A stretch of 64,000 nt of DNA, from contig JBMNIW010000005.1 of the NCBI GenBank assembly GCA_050951325.1, positions 96,001 to 160,000 on the forward strand. The letters are read 5' to 3'. The notes beneath the pieces were generated by a model. It did no database searches. It was not told the DNA's origin and worked only from the letters and a program-made list of their open reading frames with translations. Source of the DNA: Clostridia bacterium. GTDB lineage: Bacteria; Bacillota; Clostridia; UBA1212; DUPL01. Position numbers and translations under genes: made by a program. Below, piece after piece: positions 20,197 through 29,363 of this stretch (the stretch's first letter is position 1; each line of letters opens with the position of its first letter).

Positions 20197-20715
20197 CTGT
20201 TCCTGTCTTAGTCTTGATTCTTCTTCCATTGCTTTTTTCTCCTTTATCTTGTTTTCAAAAGCAATATCTTTCTTTATTTGCACATATGCGTTTCCGGTCA
20301 AGGCGGTATGTGCTAGGTAAACTATTCCTCTGAATATTCCTTTGGCAAAGAAGCCGTATAACGAGAGGATTAGTGATATGGGTTCTAGTGGTAGAGACCA
20401 CCAGTTAAATATTGTTCTTAAAAAACCAACTTCAATGCCCATAAGTAGAAAAACAAAAAGTATAACGAAGCTAAAAGCTCCTATGAACTGGTATAGGAAG
20501 ATTCCTTTTAATATTCCCTGTTTTCTTTTGTATCTTAAAACGTAGCAGATGATGATATGAACTATGACATATAAAAATGAAAAAATGTATGCAAAAACAG
20601 GGTTTACTCTTTCAAATGAGAAATTGTCCAAACCAAATATTTTTATAATCAATATATTCAACAGAATCAATACAGATGCTGTTACAAGCATCTGTTTGTT
20701 GTTTCTATCATTCAT
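20185..20715 (-). CDS. Hypothetical 4-TM membrane protein
   Basis: AAGGAG RBS before ATG 20715; hydrophobic helices and a charged C-terminal tail. Confidence 0.65.
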   Translation of the reverse strand: MNDRNNKQMLVTASVLILLNILIIKIFGLDNFSFERVNPVFAYIFSFLYVIVHIIICYVLRYKRKQGILKGIFLYQFIGAFSFVILFVFLLMGIEVGFLRTIFNWWSLPLEPISLILSLYGFFAKGIFRGIVYLAHTALTGNAYVQIKKDIAFENKIKEKKAMEEESRLRQEQSGS

Positions 20716-20740
20716 TCTACTTAGACTACTCCTTAATAAA

Positions 20741-21412
20741 TCATAATTTGTCGGTTGGCAGTACATACAGTAGAATAGAGAAGAAGTGGCATATGCTGCC
20801 TGCCAATACAAACAAATGCCAGATTGGATGTGCATAAGGTATCTTGATAGCATAAAATAGAATACCCAAAGTATAAAGTACTCCTCCTGCAATAAGCAGT
20901 ATTATTCCACCCATCTTAAGGTTTTCAACAAGGGGTTTCATGGCAAAAATTATTACCCATCCAGATAATATATAGCTTGCCATTGAAAATTTTTTAAACT
21001 TCTCCATATTGATAGAGTTGAAAACAATTCCAAGAATTGCGGTTGCCCATACAATTCCAAAAAGTACCCAGCCGATTGGTCCTCTAAGGGTAACCAAGGT
21101 ATAGGGCGTATAGGTGCCGGCAATAAGGAGGAAAATAGAGCAGTGATCGAATATTCTGAAGACCTTCTTTGCGATTTTATGTGTAAGCGCATGATACAAA
21201 GTGGACATAGTATACATTATCACCATTGTCGCACCATATATCGATGCGCTTACAACACCCATTGCGTCTCCATATAACGCCGCAAATACTATGCTTAAAA
21301 CTAATGCAGCAATACCTAACAATGCTCCAATTCCATGTGTTATACTGCTGAATATCTCTTCTCCCAAGGTGTAAAAATTGTTTATTAGTTTCCTTTTTTT
21401 AGTTTCCTTCAT
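20741..21412 (-). CDS. Hemolysin III / PAQR family membrane protein
   Basis: YTLGEEI..SITHG, STLYH, DH.SIFLLIAGTYTP, H.IWHLFVL.GS..H. Confidence 0.9.
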   Translation of the reverse strand: MKETKKRKLINNFYTLGEEIFSSITHGIGALLGIAALVLSIVFAALYGDAMGVVSASIYGATMVIMYTMSTLYHALTHKIAKKVFRIFDHCSIFLLIAGTYTPYTLVTLRGPIGWVLFGIVWATAILGIVFNSINMEKFKKFSMASYILSGWVIIFAMKPLVENLKMGGIILLIAGGVLYTLGILFYAIKIPYAHPIWHLFVLAGSICHFFSILLYVLPTDKL

Positions 21413-21484
21413 TAGTAAATAACCTCAAATTTAATATTCAAACTCTAGTATATCATTATTGGAGCGTTTTTTCAAGTTTAAACG

Positions 21485-22333
21485 TTATTTCTTCTTTTTC
21501 TTAACCAATATTACAACTACAACAACAGCTGCAACAACTACCGCTGCTGGTATAAGGACATAATGAATAGGGAAGGATTCGTCCTTCTTTTCATCCTGTT
21601 TGGCAGGAGTGCTGGTAGCTGTAGATGTTGGGGCAGAAGTTGTTGCTTTGGTTGGCTCAGGTGTTTTTGTAGGTTCCGGAGTTGGTGTTCTTGTACGATC
21701 CGGTGTGAAGTTTAGTGCTTCTTCTTCCGATGTGAAGAAGGCTATGTATTCAAGGTCAAACTCGGAACCGGTTAGTATTTGTCCGCCTGGGAAGTCAGTA
21801 AACATGCAGTCCAATCTTATACCTCTGATAGTATCTGTCCATAATGATTCTTCAAGCGTAAAAGGATACCTTTTGTCTTGTGACCATTCGGCAGTTGCTA
21901 GGTTTCTATCTTTCATATTGAATACGTATTCTTTGAATTCCTCGTCGTCTTTAGATATTGGCACTAGTGTGTTTGTATCTCCTTTTATACCTGATCCTGC
22001 ATCAAAGTGGAACTGGAAAAACTCAGCGTTGCTGTTGTTTTTAATCTTAAATTTGCACCACTGATAAAGGTCGCCGTCAAAAGGATCAATTAGTAGCATA
22101 AAATATGGATCTCCATTTCCACCTTCATCTGGTCCGTTCAAGGTAACCAGGTGAAGATGGTTATCTTCCCATTCAATCTCCACATTGGTGGCGGTGCCTA
22201 CATAGTAGAAGAAGCTTTCTTCAAAGTAAAAGTCATACACAATTGGTTCGTCCTCCGCATTAACGTATGCGGGTGTCAGGATAAACACAAGAATGATTGC
22301 AAAACAAAGCATTGTTTTGAGTTTCATATTCAA
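21485..22333 (-). CDS. Secreted, C-terminally membrane-anchored protein with CBM-like domain and Pro/Thr linker
   Basis: Signal peptide, GDPYF...IRLD...EYIAFF beta-rich domain, TPEPTK repeats, TM helix followed by KKKKK. Confidence 0.7.
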   Translation of the reverse strand: MNMKLKTMLCFAIILVFILTPAYVNAEDEPIVYDFYFEESFFYYVGTATNVEIEWEDNHLHLVTLNGPDEGGNGDPYFMLLIDPFDGDLYQWCKFKIKNNSNAEFFQFHFDAGSGIKGDTNTLVPISKDDEEFKEYVFNMKDRNLATAEWSQDKRYPFTLEESLWTDTIRGIRLDCMFTDFPGGQILTGSEFDLEYIAFFTSEEEALNFTPDRTRTPTPEPTKTPEPTKATTSAPTSTATSTPAKQDEKKDESFPIHYVLIPAAVVVAAVVVVVILVKKKKK

Positions 22334-22460
22334 TTCTCCTTTCCCTTTGTTGAAGAAAGTTTAGCATATGCAATGTGATTGTTCAAGTACTATTGATTAA
22401 TTATGAAAAAAATAGTAATATTGACGTTGGTGAATCTAATAACTTTTGAAGGAGTTTTAC

Positions 22461-23378
22461 ATGAGAAAAATAATTGATTTTGTAAAAGGAATCTTTATTG
22501 GTATTGCCTTGGTCATTCCGGGCTTGTCAGGAAGCATCTTCGCAGTTGTTGTCGGTCTATATGAATCCATATTGAATGCTGTAAACAATATACGTAAAGA
22601 ATTCAAGAAAAGCTTTCTCTTTCTGCTTCCTATAGTTTTAGGAGTGGGAGTCGGTATTCTTGCTTCTACGAAACTTGTTTTATGGGTAACAGAAAACTAC
22701 AAGCAACAATCATATTTTTTCTTTATTGGACTTGTTCTTGGCAGTCTGCCACTTATACTGAGGAAAGTTAAAGGCATAAAGTTCAAGCCACAGTATCTTC
22801 TTATAACTGTTGCTGCTTTTGTTGGGCTTATGCTTATTTCCTTCCTCCTTACGGGTAATGTGGACGAGTCTGCTGCAAAACTTCCTAAGATAGAGAAGAT
22901 TACTGGTGTGGATGATGTTTTAATACTGACGTTTGCTGGCATATTCTCCTGTGCTACGATGTCGATACCAGGTGTCAGTGGTTCTGTTATGCTGATGGTT
23001 GTAGGGCATTACGGTAGCGTTTATAACGCAGTAGGGAATTGTGCTGACTTTTTAAAGGCATTGCTGACAGGCAATATTGATGAAGCAAAGGTTGCTGCAT
23101 CCTCAATTCTTGTTGTGCTTCCATTTATGATTGGAGCAGTTATTGGTATTGCTTTAATTGCAAAAATTCTTGTTTATCTGCTAAAGAAGTATGAAGCGCA
23201 AATGTATTACGGAGTTGGAGGTTTGGTTGCTGGAGCCGTTGTAACTCTGTTGACTGAAGCGATAAAGGACCCTACTTTTACGTTCTCGATTGGTGTAGGA
23301 AAGTTCCTTTTAATCCTGTTAATCGATGCGGTGCTAGTTGTTGTAGGTATTATTTGCACGAAGTATTTGGATAAGTAG
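22461..23378 (+). CDS. DUF368 family membrane protein (putative undecaprenyl phosphate translocase)
   Basis: Two IPG.SGS repeats, multi-TM; AAGGAG RBS. Confidence 0.85.
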   Translation: MRKIIDFVKGIFIGIALVIPGLSGSIFAVVVGLYESILNAVNNIRKEFKKSFLFLLPIVLGVGVGILASTKLVLWVTENYKQQSYFFFIGLVLGSLPLILRKVKGIKFKPQYLLITVAAFVGLMLISFLLTGNVDESAAKLPKIEKITGVDDVLILTFAGIFSCATMSIPGVSGSVMLMVVGHYGSVYNAVGNCADFLKALLTGNIDEAKVAASSILVVLPFMIGAVIGIALIAKILVYLLKKYEAQMYYGVGGLVAGAVVTLLTEAIKDPTFTFSIGVGKFLLILLIDAVLVVVGIICTKYLDK

Positions 23379-23394
23379 AAAAGAATAATGGGTA

Positions 23395-23432
23395 AAAAAA
23401 CATCCTTATGTCAGACATAAGGATGTTTTTTT
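23395..23432. terminator. Bidirectional intrinsic terminator
   Basis: AAAAAACATCCTTATG-TCAGA-CATAAGGATGTTTTTT between the convergent DUF368 gene and tRNA-Trp. Confidence 0.8.
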
Positions 23433-23434
23433 GT

Positions 23435-23510
<76 letters not shown>

Positions 23511-23721
23511 TTGGTTTTGCGAATACAATTATACTATGAGAAAACAGTATTGTCAACAACATAAACTAAATTTTTTACATTCAGACTTGTCCGTAGTAGT
23601 ACATTAATTTTCCCTTATTTAATTCAAAAAATATTTAATTATTGATAGATTGCTAAAGTCTAATAGTTTATGCTTATAAAAAAAGAGCATAAAAAGACAA
23701 TTGCAAAGGAGTGTAAAGATT

Positions 23722-25092
23722 ATGGCTCATGTATTTAAAACAATCGCATATACAAGTTTAGAAGATTTTGTTTATGGCAAGGCGTTAAAGCCTGTAACGT
23801 TGAACAATGGAATGGTTATTGGCGGAGGAGTTTTGTATCCTGAAATAAACTTCACACTACCACCAATGCTGATTACAAAAGAAACAATGCCTGATGTAAT
23901 CAGAAATTACAAAGAGATAACAAAAGGAATATGTGAAAGAGCTAAAGAGTTGTCAGTTCCTGGTTTCGTCGCTGAAATTGAAACACTGCCGCCAATGACG
24001 GAGAATCCGGAATGGGGTATTGAAGTATGCAAGACTGTTGTTGACATTATTAAGGAGTATGATGCAAAAAGCGGGGTTAAAGGAGCGGTAAGAATTACTC
24101 CAAACGATATTCGTGAGGGTAACAAGCTTGAGCATATGTGGCATGGAAGACACTGGGAGAACATATTAAAAACTTTTGAAGGATGTGCAAAAGCGGGAGC
24201 AGACCTCATGGCCATTGAGTCGGTAGGTGGGAAGGAAACCCATGATGAAGCAGTCATGTTTTGCGATATATCAAAGTCCATATTTGCACTGACGGTTCTG
24301 GGTGCAAGGGACATGGCGAAACTCTGGAGTGAAATAGTGAGAATAAGTGATAAGACTGGAGCGATTGCATCTGGTGATACTGCCTGTGGTTTTGCAAATA
24401 CTGCGATGGTATTGGCTGACAAAAACTATATTCCTAAAGTGTTTGCAGCAGCTGTAAGAGTAATATCCGCTGTAAGAAGTCTTGTTGCCTTTGAGGTAGG
24501 GGCAAAAGGTCCCCACAAAGACTGCGGATATGAGGGGGTATATGTAAAAGCAATTACAGGGACCCCGATATCCATGGAAGGGAAAACTGCCGCTTGTGCT
24601 CATCTGTCTCATGTTGGAAATATTGCTGTTTGTGTTGCCGATTTATGGAGCAATGAGTCCATACAGAATATAAAATTGTTTGCAGGCATGGCGCCACTTG
24701 TGTCCTTTGAGCAGCTTGCATACGACTGCAGGTTGATGAACAGGGCGATGGAGACCGGAGACAGCATTTTGTTAAGAGATCTACATGCTGACAGCGACAG
24801 CTACTATGATCCACAAGCATATGTGTTAAGACCCGATGTGGTTTTAGATATTTCAACGGAGCTGGTTAAGACTAAAACCCATTATGAAAGAGGAAAGAAG
24901 GCAGCTTTGCTTGCATTTGAGCATATTCGTTCTGCTCATGAAAAAGGTAAGTTGAAACTTGATGACAGGGAGTTGTCCTGGCTTGATAATCTGTCTGAGA
25001 CTGTAAAAACACTTCCAGAGGATGTAGAAGAGTTTATTGACAATGTTATAGATGATTGTGAGAATCTGGAACCAAAAAAATATGATATGTAA
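23722..25092 (+). CDS. mtaB: Methanol:corrinoid methyltransferase MtaB family protein
   Basis: PEINFTLP, IESVGGKE.HD, GDTACGFANTAM, GPHKDCGYEG, SMEGK.AACAHLS..GN, DLWSNES. Confidence 0.88.
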   Translation: MAHVFKTIAYTSLEDFVYGKALKPVTLNNGMVIGGGVLYPEINFTLPPMLITKETMPDVIRNYKEITKGICERAKELSVPGFVAEIETLPPMTENPEWGIEVCKTVVDIIKEYDAKSGVKGAVRITPNDIREGNKLEHMWHGRHWENILKTFEGCAKAGADLMAIESVGGKETHDEAVMFCDISKSIFALTVLGARDMAKLWSEIVRISDKTGAIASGDTACGFANTAMVLADKNYIPKVFAAAVRVISAVRSLVAFEVGAKGPHKDCGYEGVYVKAITGTPISMEGKTAACAHLSHVGNIAVCVADLWSNESIQNIKLFAGMAPLVSFEQLAYDCRLMNRAMETGDSILLRDLHADSDSYYDPQAYVLRPDVVLDISTELVKTKTHYERGKKAALLAFEHIRSAHEKGKLKLDDRELSWLDNLSETVKTLPEDVEEFIDNVIDDCENLEPKKYDM

Positions 25093-25110
25093 TGTAAGGA
25101 GAGTGTGGAA

Positions 25111-25740
25111 ATGAAGATATTGGAAGATATTTCATTGGCAACGCAAAAAGGAAAGGCTAAAGATGTAAAACAACTCGTGACAGAAGCGCTTGAAATTGGA
25201 GTTTCTGCGCAAGAGATTCTTGACAAGGGTCTCTTGGATGGTATGGGCAAGCTGGGCGTTCGATTCAAAAATAATGAAGTGTATGTACCGGAAGTACTTA
25301 TTGCTGCAAGAGCTTTGAATAACGGTACCGAAATATTAAGCTCAAAGTTGATTGAGGAAGGTGTAAAACCTATTGGGAAAGTCGTTATTGCCACTGTTAA
25401 GGGAGACTTGCACGACATTGGAAAAAACCTTGTTAAAATGATGTTGGAAGGTGCAGGTTTCGAAGTTATTGACCTGGGAACGGATGTAAGTGATGAAGAG
25501 ATAGTTAAAGTTGTACAGCAAGAAAAACCCCAAATACTTGCTCTGTCAGCACTTCTTACAACGACCATGACAAACCAGAAAGTCGTTATTGAGACACTAA
25601 AGGAAGCAAATCTGCGCGACAAGGTGAAAGTCATGGTTGGTGGCGCTCCTGTAACACAGACCTTTGCGGACGAGATAGGCGCTGATGGTTATGCAGAAGA
25701 TGCCGCAACTGCTGCGGAAGTAGCTAGAATGTTGATATAA
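25111..25740 (+). CDS. mtaC: Corrinoid protein (MtaC-like B12-binding)
   Basis: TVKGDLHDIGKNLV (DxHxxG), SALLTTTM, VGGAPVT. Confidence 0.88.
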   Translation: MKILEDISLATQKGKAKDVKQLVTEALEIGVSAQEILDKGLLDGMGKLGVRFKNNEVYVPEVLIAARALNNGTEILSSKLIEEGVKPIGKVVIATVKGDLHDIGKNLVKMMLEGAGFEVIDLGTDVSDEEIVKVVQQEKPQILALSALLTTTMTNQKVVIETLKEANLRDKVKVMVGGAPVTQTFADEIGADGYAEDAATAAEVARMLI

Positions 25741-25762
25741 AAGCGGCGAAGGCCGCTTTTTT
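25739..25762. terminator. Bidirectional intrinsic terminator
   Basis: AAAAGCGGC-GAAG-GCCGCTTTT. Confidence 0.75.
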
Positions 25763-25763
25763 A

Positions 25764-26186
25764 TCAATCACAAAACATATTAAACAATTGACCTTCAATA
25801 TCTAGTATGTCTTCTAAAGAAATTATTGTATTATCTGACATTATGATTGTTCTTTTGTACTCGTCAATTTTCCTTACATAGCCTCTTATGCTTACATATT
25901 TACCACCTGTTTTCTTTTCATCAGGTTTGAAATACGTTATTATCAATTCAGGATGATCGTTTATCCACTCTGCAATCATTATGATTTTTTGATTTATTAC
26001 TTCCTTCATGTAGTCGTCAAGTTCTATTTTTTTGTCTGTAAGTCTTGCGGTTTCCATTATAGCAGAGTCGTGACCTGTAAGAGCTGCAAAGGGTGAGAAC
26101 TGAAAGGCTCTTTCCTGCCTGGACATTTTTGGTCTTTTTGATGGAGGACGAGATAGATTTATTATGTCATCGTAATTCTTACTCAT
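25764..26186 (-). CDS. YolD-like family protein
   Basis: YDDIINL.RP....KMS..ERA.QFSPFAALTGH, TYF.PD.KK.GG.Y; overlaps the polymerase stop codon. Confidence 0.85.
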   Translation of the reverse strand: MSKNYDDIINLSRPPSKRPKMSRQERAFQFSPFAALTGHDSAIMETARLTDKKIELDDYMKEVINQKIIMIAEWINDHPELIITYFKPDEKKTGGKYVSIRGYVRKIDEYKRTIIMSDNTIISLEDILDIEGQLFNMFCD

Positions 26187-27703
26187 GCCTTATGCCCTCC
26201 TATTTGCTTGTTTCTGTCCATAGCAGTTGCTCCTTCTTCCAAGTTCATTCCTTTTACAACAGCGTTTTTTCCGTACTTCTTTTTTATTCCCAATATGGCT
26301 TGTTGTATCTTTTTTTCTTTTTCCTCTTGCTTCTCCACATTTATTCCATCTTGCAAAGAGTTATAAAATGCTAGAAGATCCAGCTGCTCACAAACCTTTT
26401 CTTCCTGGTTTGTCTTTTCGTCAACAACACGATTGAATGTTATTGTAATTCTCCTTACAAGCAAGTTTTTGTCTACAATTCTATCAAAAAGTTCAGTTGC
26501 CGCTTCTGTAATCATTTTGGTGGAGGAGGTTTGTTTTGGCAGGTTTATTGTGCCTCTTGCGGACTTTGGAACGGTTCTGCCATAGCTGTCAGTGGTAATT
26601 GGCCCTTTATATGTTTTTCTTATCTCTGCATTTGTCAGGTTTTCGATATCATATCCTACTGTCATGACAATCTGGCTGGTTAATAGTCTTTTGTCCACCA
26701 AATCAAGAACCAGAAGGTCAGTCATTTCTCTTGCAACGAGTCTTGCCTTATCAAAAGTATACGGCTCTGTCAATACCTGACCGGAACACAGACTGTTTGT
26801 TTCGGGTTTGTACGCTTTGATATCTTCAATTGTACATGGCTCATAGCCCCAGGCATGATCAATTAATAGTTCAGCATTAACTCCAAACAGTTTGTAAAGC
26901 AAATCTTCGTTATAATAGTCTGAAGGTTTACCTAATGAGCATCTTGCGATATCTCCCATGGTATACATGCCGTGCTGTTCCAGTTTTTTTGCATATCCTT
27001 TACCTATGCGCCAGAAATCTGTCAATGGTCTGTGGGACCACAACTCCTTTTTGTAGCTTTTTTCATCAAGCTCTGCAATCCTGACACCGTGTTCATCCAC
27101 CGGGGTGCGCTTTGCCTGTATATCCATTGCGATTTTTGCAAGATATAGATTGGTACCTATTCCAGCAGCTGCGGTAATGCCCGTATTTCCAAGTACATCA
27201 AGGAGAATTCTAGTTGCGAATTCACGACCTGTGAGTTTATAGGTGTCCAAGTAATGTGTTGCATCTATAAAGACTTCGTCAATGGAATACACATGAATGT
27301 CTTCGGCTGCAACATGCTTTAGATAAATATTGTATATTCTAGTGCTGTAATCGATATAATGGGCCATTCTGGGAGGTGCAATAATATAATCCAGGGAAAG
27401 GTGAGGAGATAGTTTTAATTCCTTGTCGTCAAAGGAGGACCCTGCAAATCTACCACCTGGTGCTTTGGAGAGACGCTGTTTGTTGATCTCACTTACTTTT
27501 TGCACAACCTCAAAAAGCCTGGGTCTGCCCGGAATTCCATAGGCTTTGAGAGTTGGTGTAACTGCAAGACATATGGTTTTCTCGGTGCGGCTTTCATCCG
27601 CTACAACCAGGTTAGTGGAAAGAGGATCCAGTCCGCGTTCCATACATTCTACAGAAGCGTAAAAGGACTTCAAATCTATCGCAATATATGTTCTGTTTTC
27701 CAA
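26183..27703 (-). CDS. Y-family (UmuC/ImpB-like) error-prone DNA polymerase
   Basis: AIDLKSFYASVEC, YSIDEVFID, GIGTNLYLAK, C-terminal RNKQIGGH. Confidence 0.9.
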   Translation of the reverse strand: MENRTYIAIDLKSFYASVECMERGLDPLSTNLVVADESRTEKTICLAVTPTLKAYGIPGRPRLFEVVQKVSEINKQRLSKAPGGRFAGSSFDDKELKLSPHLSLDYIIAPPRMAHYIDYSTRIYNIYLKHVAAEDIHVYSIDEVFIDATHYLDTYKLTGREFATRILLDVLGNTGITAAAGIGTNLYLAKIAMDIQAKRTPVDEHGVRIAELDEKSYKKELWSHRPLTDFWRIGKGYAKKLEQHGMYTMGDIARCSLGKPSDYYNEDLLYKLFGVNAELLIDHAWGYEPCTIEDIKAYKPETNSLCSGQVLTEPYTFDKARLVAREMTDLLVLDLVDKRLLTSQIVMTVGYDIENLTNAEIRKTYKGPITTDSYGRTVPKSARGTINLPKQTSSTKMITEAATELFDRIVDKNLLVRRITITFNRVVDEKTNQEEKVCEQLDLLAFYNSLQDGINVEKQEEKEKKIQQAILGIKKKYGKNAVVKGMNLEEGATAMDRNKQIGGHKA

Positions 27704-27731
27704 AGTTGTTATGTCTCCTCCTTCAAAATAA

Positions 27732-28070
27732 TTATATACTTATCACATAGTATCCATCCTGGATGTACCTCTTCATTCCTGCATGCCCGTTCATATCGTC
27801 TAGTAGATTAAGTCCTGATTCAAGATTTTTCTCGTAAACGCCCAATACCTTTGAGCATGCAAGGCAAACGCCTGCAATTAATCCTTGTTCTTTCGCCCGC
27901 ATGTATAGTGGGTTTTTCTCGAATTCAAATACTGAAACAAGTTTTACAGATGCACCTTCAAGTATGATCTTTACTTCAAAAGAACTTCCAGCCAAATCCA
28001 ATGCATTAAGCAGGATATGCTGAAAACACATCTTTTCGCCTGTCATTCCATAGAACATTATTTTCTTCAT
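27732..28070 (-). CDS. DsrE-like small cytoplasmic protein
   Basis: MCFQHILLNALDL, KIILEGASVKL, GVCLACS, GH. Confidence 0.7.
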   Translation of the reverse strand: MKKIMFYGMTGEKMCFQHILLNALDLAGSSFEVKIILEGASVKLVSVFEFEKNPLYMRAKEQGLIAGVCLACSKVLGVYEKNLESGLNLLDDMNGHAGMKRYIQDGYYVISI

Positions 28071-28205
28071 TTCATGCTCCTCCTTTTATGTATATATGTA
28101 GATTATATCATAAAAGCAGGGTATACGATATCAGAATCACATATGACCTGCAATTTAAATGGTCTTTACATTCGTTTTCTTTTGTGCTAGAATTTATAAT
28201 TGTTT

Positions 28206-28282
28206 CGGGGTGTAGCTCAGTTTGGTGGAGCGCTTGCTTCGGGAGCAAGAGGCCGCAAGTTCGAATCTTGTCACTCCGACCA
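28206..28282 (+). tRNA. tRNA-Pro (CGG)
   Basis: Cloverleaf, anticodon loop TT-CGG-GA, CCA end; TATAAT just upstream. Confidence 0.93.
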
Positions 28283-28355
28283 TTAAATGTAATTCCCTTC
28301 CAATTTTACAGGGCTTTACAACCAATTTCATTTATGCTATAATACATGTCGGCGT

Positions 28356-28433
28356 CGGGGTGTAGCTCAGCTTGGCTAGAGTGCTTGCTTGGGGTGCAAG
28401 AGGTCGCAAGTTCAAATCTTGTCACTCCGACCA
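28356..28433 (+). tRNA. tRNA-Pro (GGG)
   Basis: Cloverleaf, anticodon loop TT-GGG-GT, CCA end; TGCTATAAT upstream. Confidence 0.93.
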
Positions 28434-28434
28434 T

Positions 28435-28468
28435 AAAGACTGTCAATACAAACGACAGTCTTTTTTTA
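28435..28468 (+). terminator. Intrinsic terminator after tRNA-Pro
   Basis: AAAGACTGTC...GACAGTCTTT plus T-run. Confidence 0.75.
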
Positions 28469-28555
28469 TATGCTTTGAAAATGGTATAAATTAACTGTTG
28501 TTATTGAAAATATGTTGTTTTAAGTGTATAATAAATAAAAAAAGGTGTTGGATTT

Positions 28556-29356
28556 ATGAGAACAATAGCAGTCCTAGGTTGTGGAAATATGGGAGGTGCA
28601 ATTATAAGAGGAATTGCATCAGGGCGTGAGAAGATTGCCAATATAAAAGTTTATGACAAAGACCTTTCAAAGGTCGAGGCCATCTGTGATGAAACAGGAT
28701 GTATTTCATGCAGCAGCGAAATTGATGCCGTTAATGGATCCGAAGTTGTTTTTATTGCTGTAAAACCTGATATGGTGCGGAAGCTTTTAGGTGAAATAAA
28801 GGATGCATGCAAGGGCAAGATAATTGTCTCAATTGCTGCAGGAGTAAACGTGTATACTTTTCTTGATATATTGGGTCATAATGCAAAAGTTGTCCGTACA
28901 ATTCCCAATCTGCCGGCAGTCGTTGGAGAAGGACTTGCGGGATTGTTCTTTCATAATGTAAGTGATGAAGATAAGGTATATGTAGAGAGACTGTTTTCTA
29001 GTTTTGGAAAGACTGTTACTGTATACAAAGAAGAGCAGATTGATGAAATGATTGCTGTCACATCAAGCTCGCCGGCATATATCTGCATGTTTGTTGAAGC
29101 TCTTGCAGACGGAGCAGTGCGTGCAGGATTCAATAGAGATGATGCTTACAAAATGGCTTTACAAACCATATACGGAACAGCAAAACTTATGTTGGAAAAA
29201 AACATTCATCCTGCGGTATTGAAGGATCAGGTATGTTCGCCTGGCGGGACCACTATAGAAGGAGTTGCCGTATTGGAAAAAGCAGGTTTTAGAAATGCGG
29301 TTCTGGAAGCCATGACGGCAGTGAGTGATAAAGTAAAGGTATTGAGTAAAGGATAA
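28556..29356 (+). CDS. proC: Pyrroline-5-carboxylate reductase
   Basis: GCGNMG, AVKP, SIAAGV, SSPAY, VCSPGGTTI. Confidence 0.95.
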   Translation: MRTIAVLGCGNMGGAIIRGIASGREKIANIKVYDKDLSKVEAICDETGCISCSSEIDAVNGSEVVFIAVKPDMVRKLLGEIKDACKGKIIVSIAAGVNVYTFLDILGHNAKVVRTIPNLPAVVGEGLAGLFFHNVSDEDKVYVERLFSSFGKTVTVYKEEQIDEMIAVTSSSPAYICMFVEALADGAVRAGFNRDDAYKMALQTIYGTAKLMLEKNIHPAVLKDQVCSPGGTTIEGVAVLEKAGFRNAVLEAMTAVSDKVKVLSKG

Positions 29357-29363
29357 GGTGGAA

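Noticed and set aside
20716-20892. N-terminal extension of ORF 20185..20892
   Set aside because: Overlaps the hemolysin III gene; the RBS supports ATG 20715.
21600-22064. 154-aa Val/Gly-rich plus-strand ORF
   Set aside because: Antisense of the Pro/Thr linker codons.
27680-27696. Possible LexA box (GAAC-ATAT-ATTG) at the 5' end of the Y-polymerase gene
   Set aside because: Only one half-site matches GAAC-N4-GTTC, and it lies within coding sequence.
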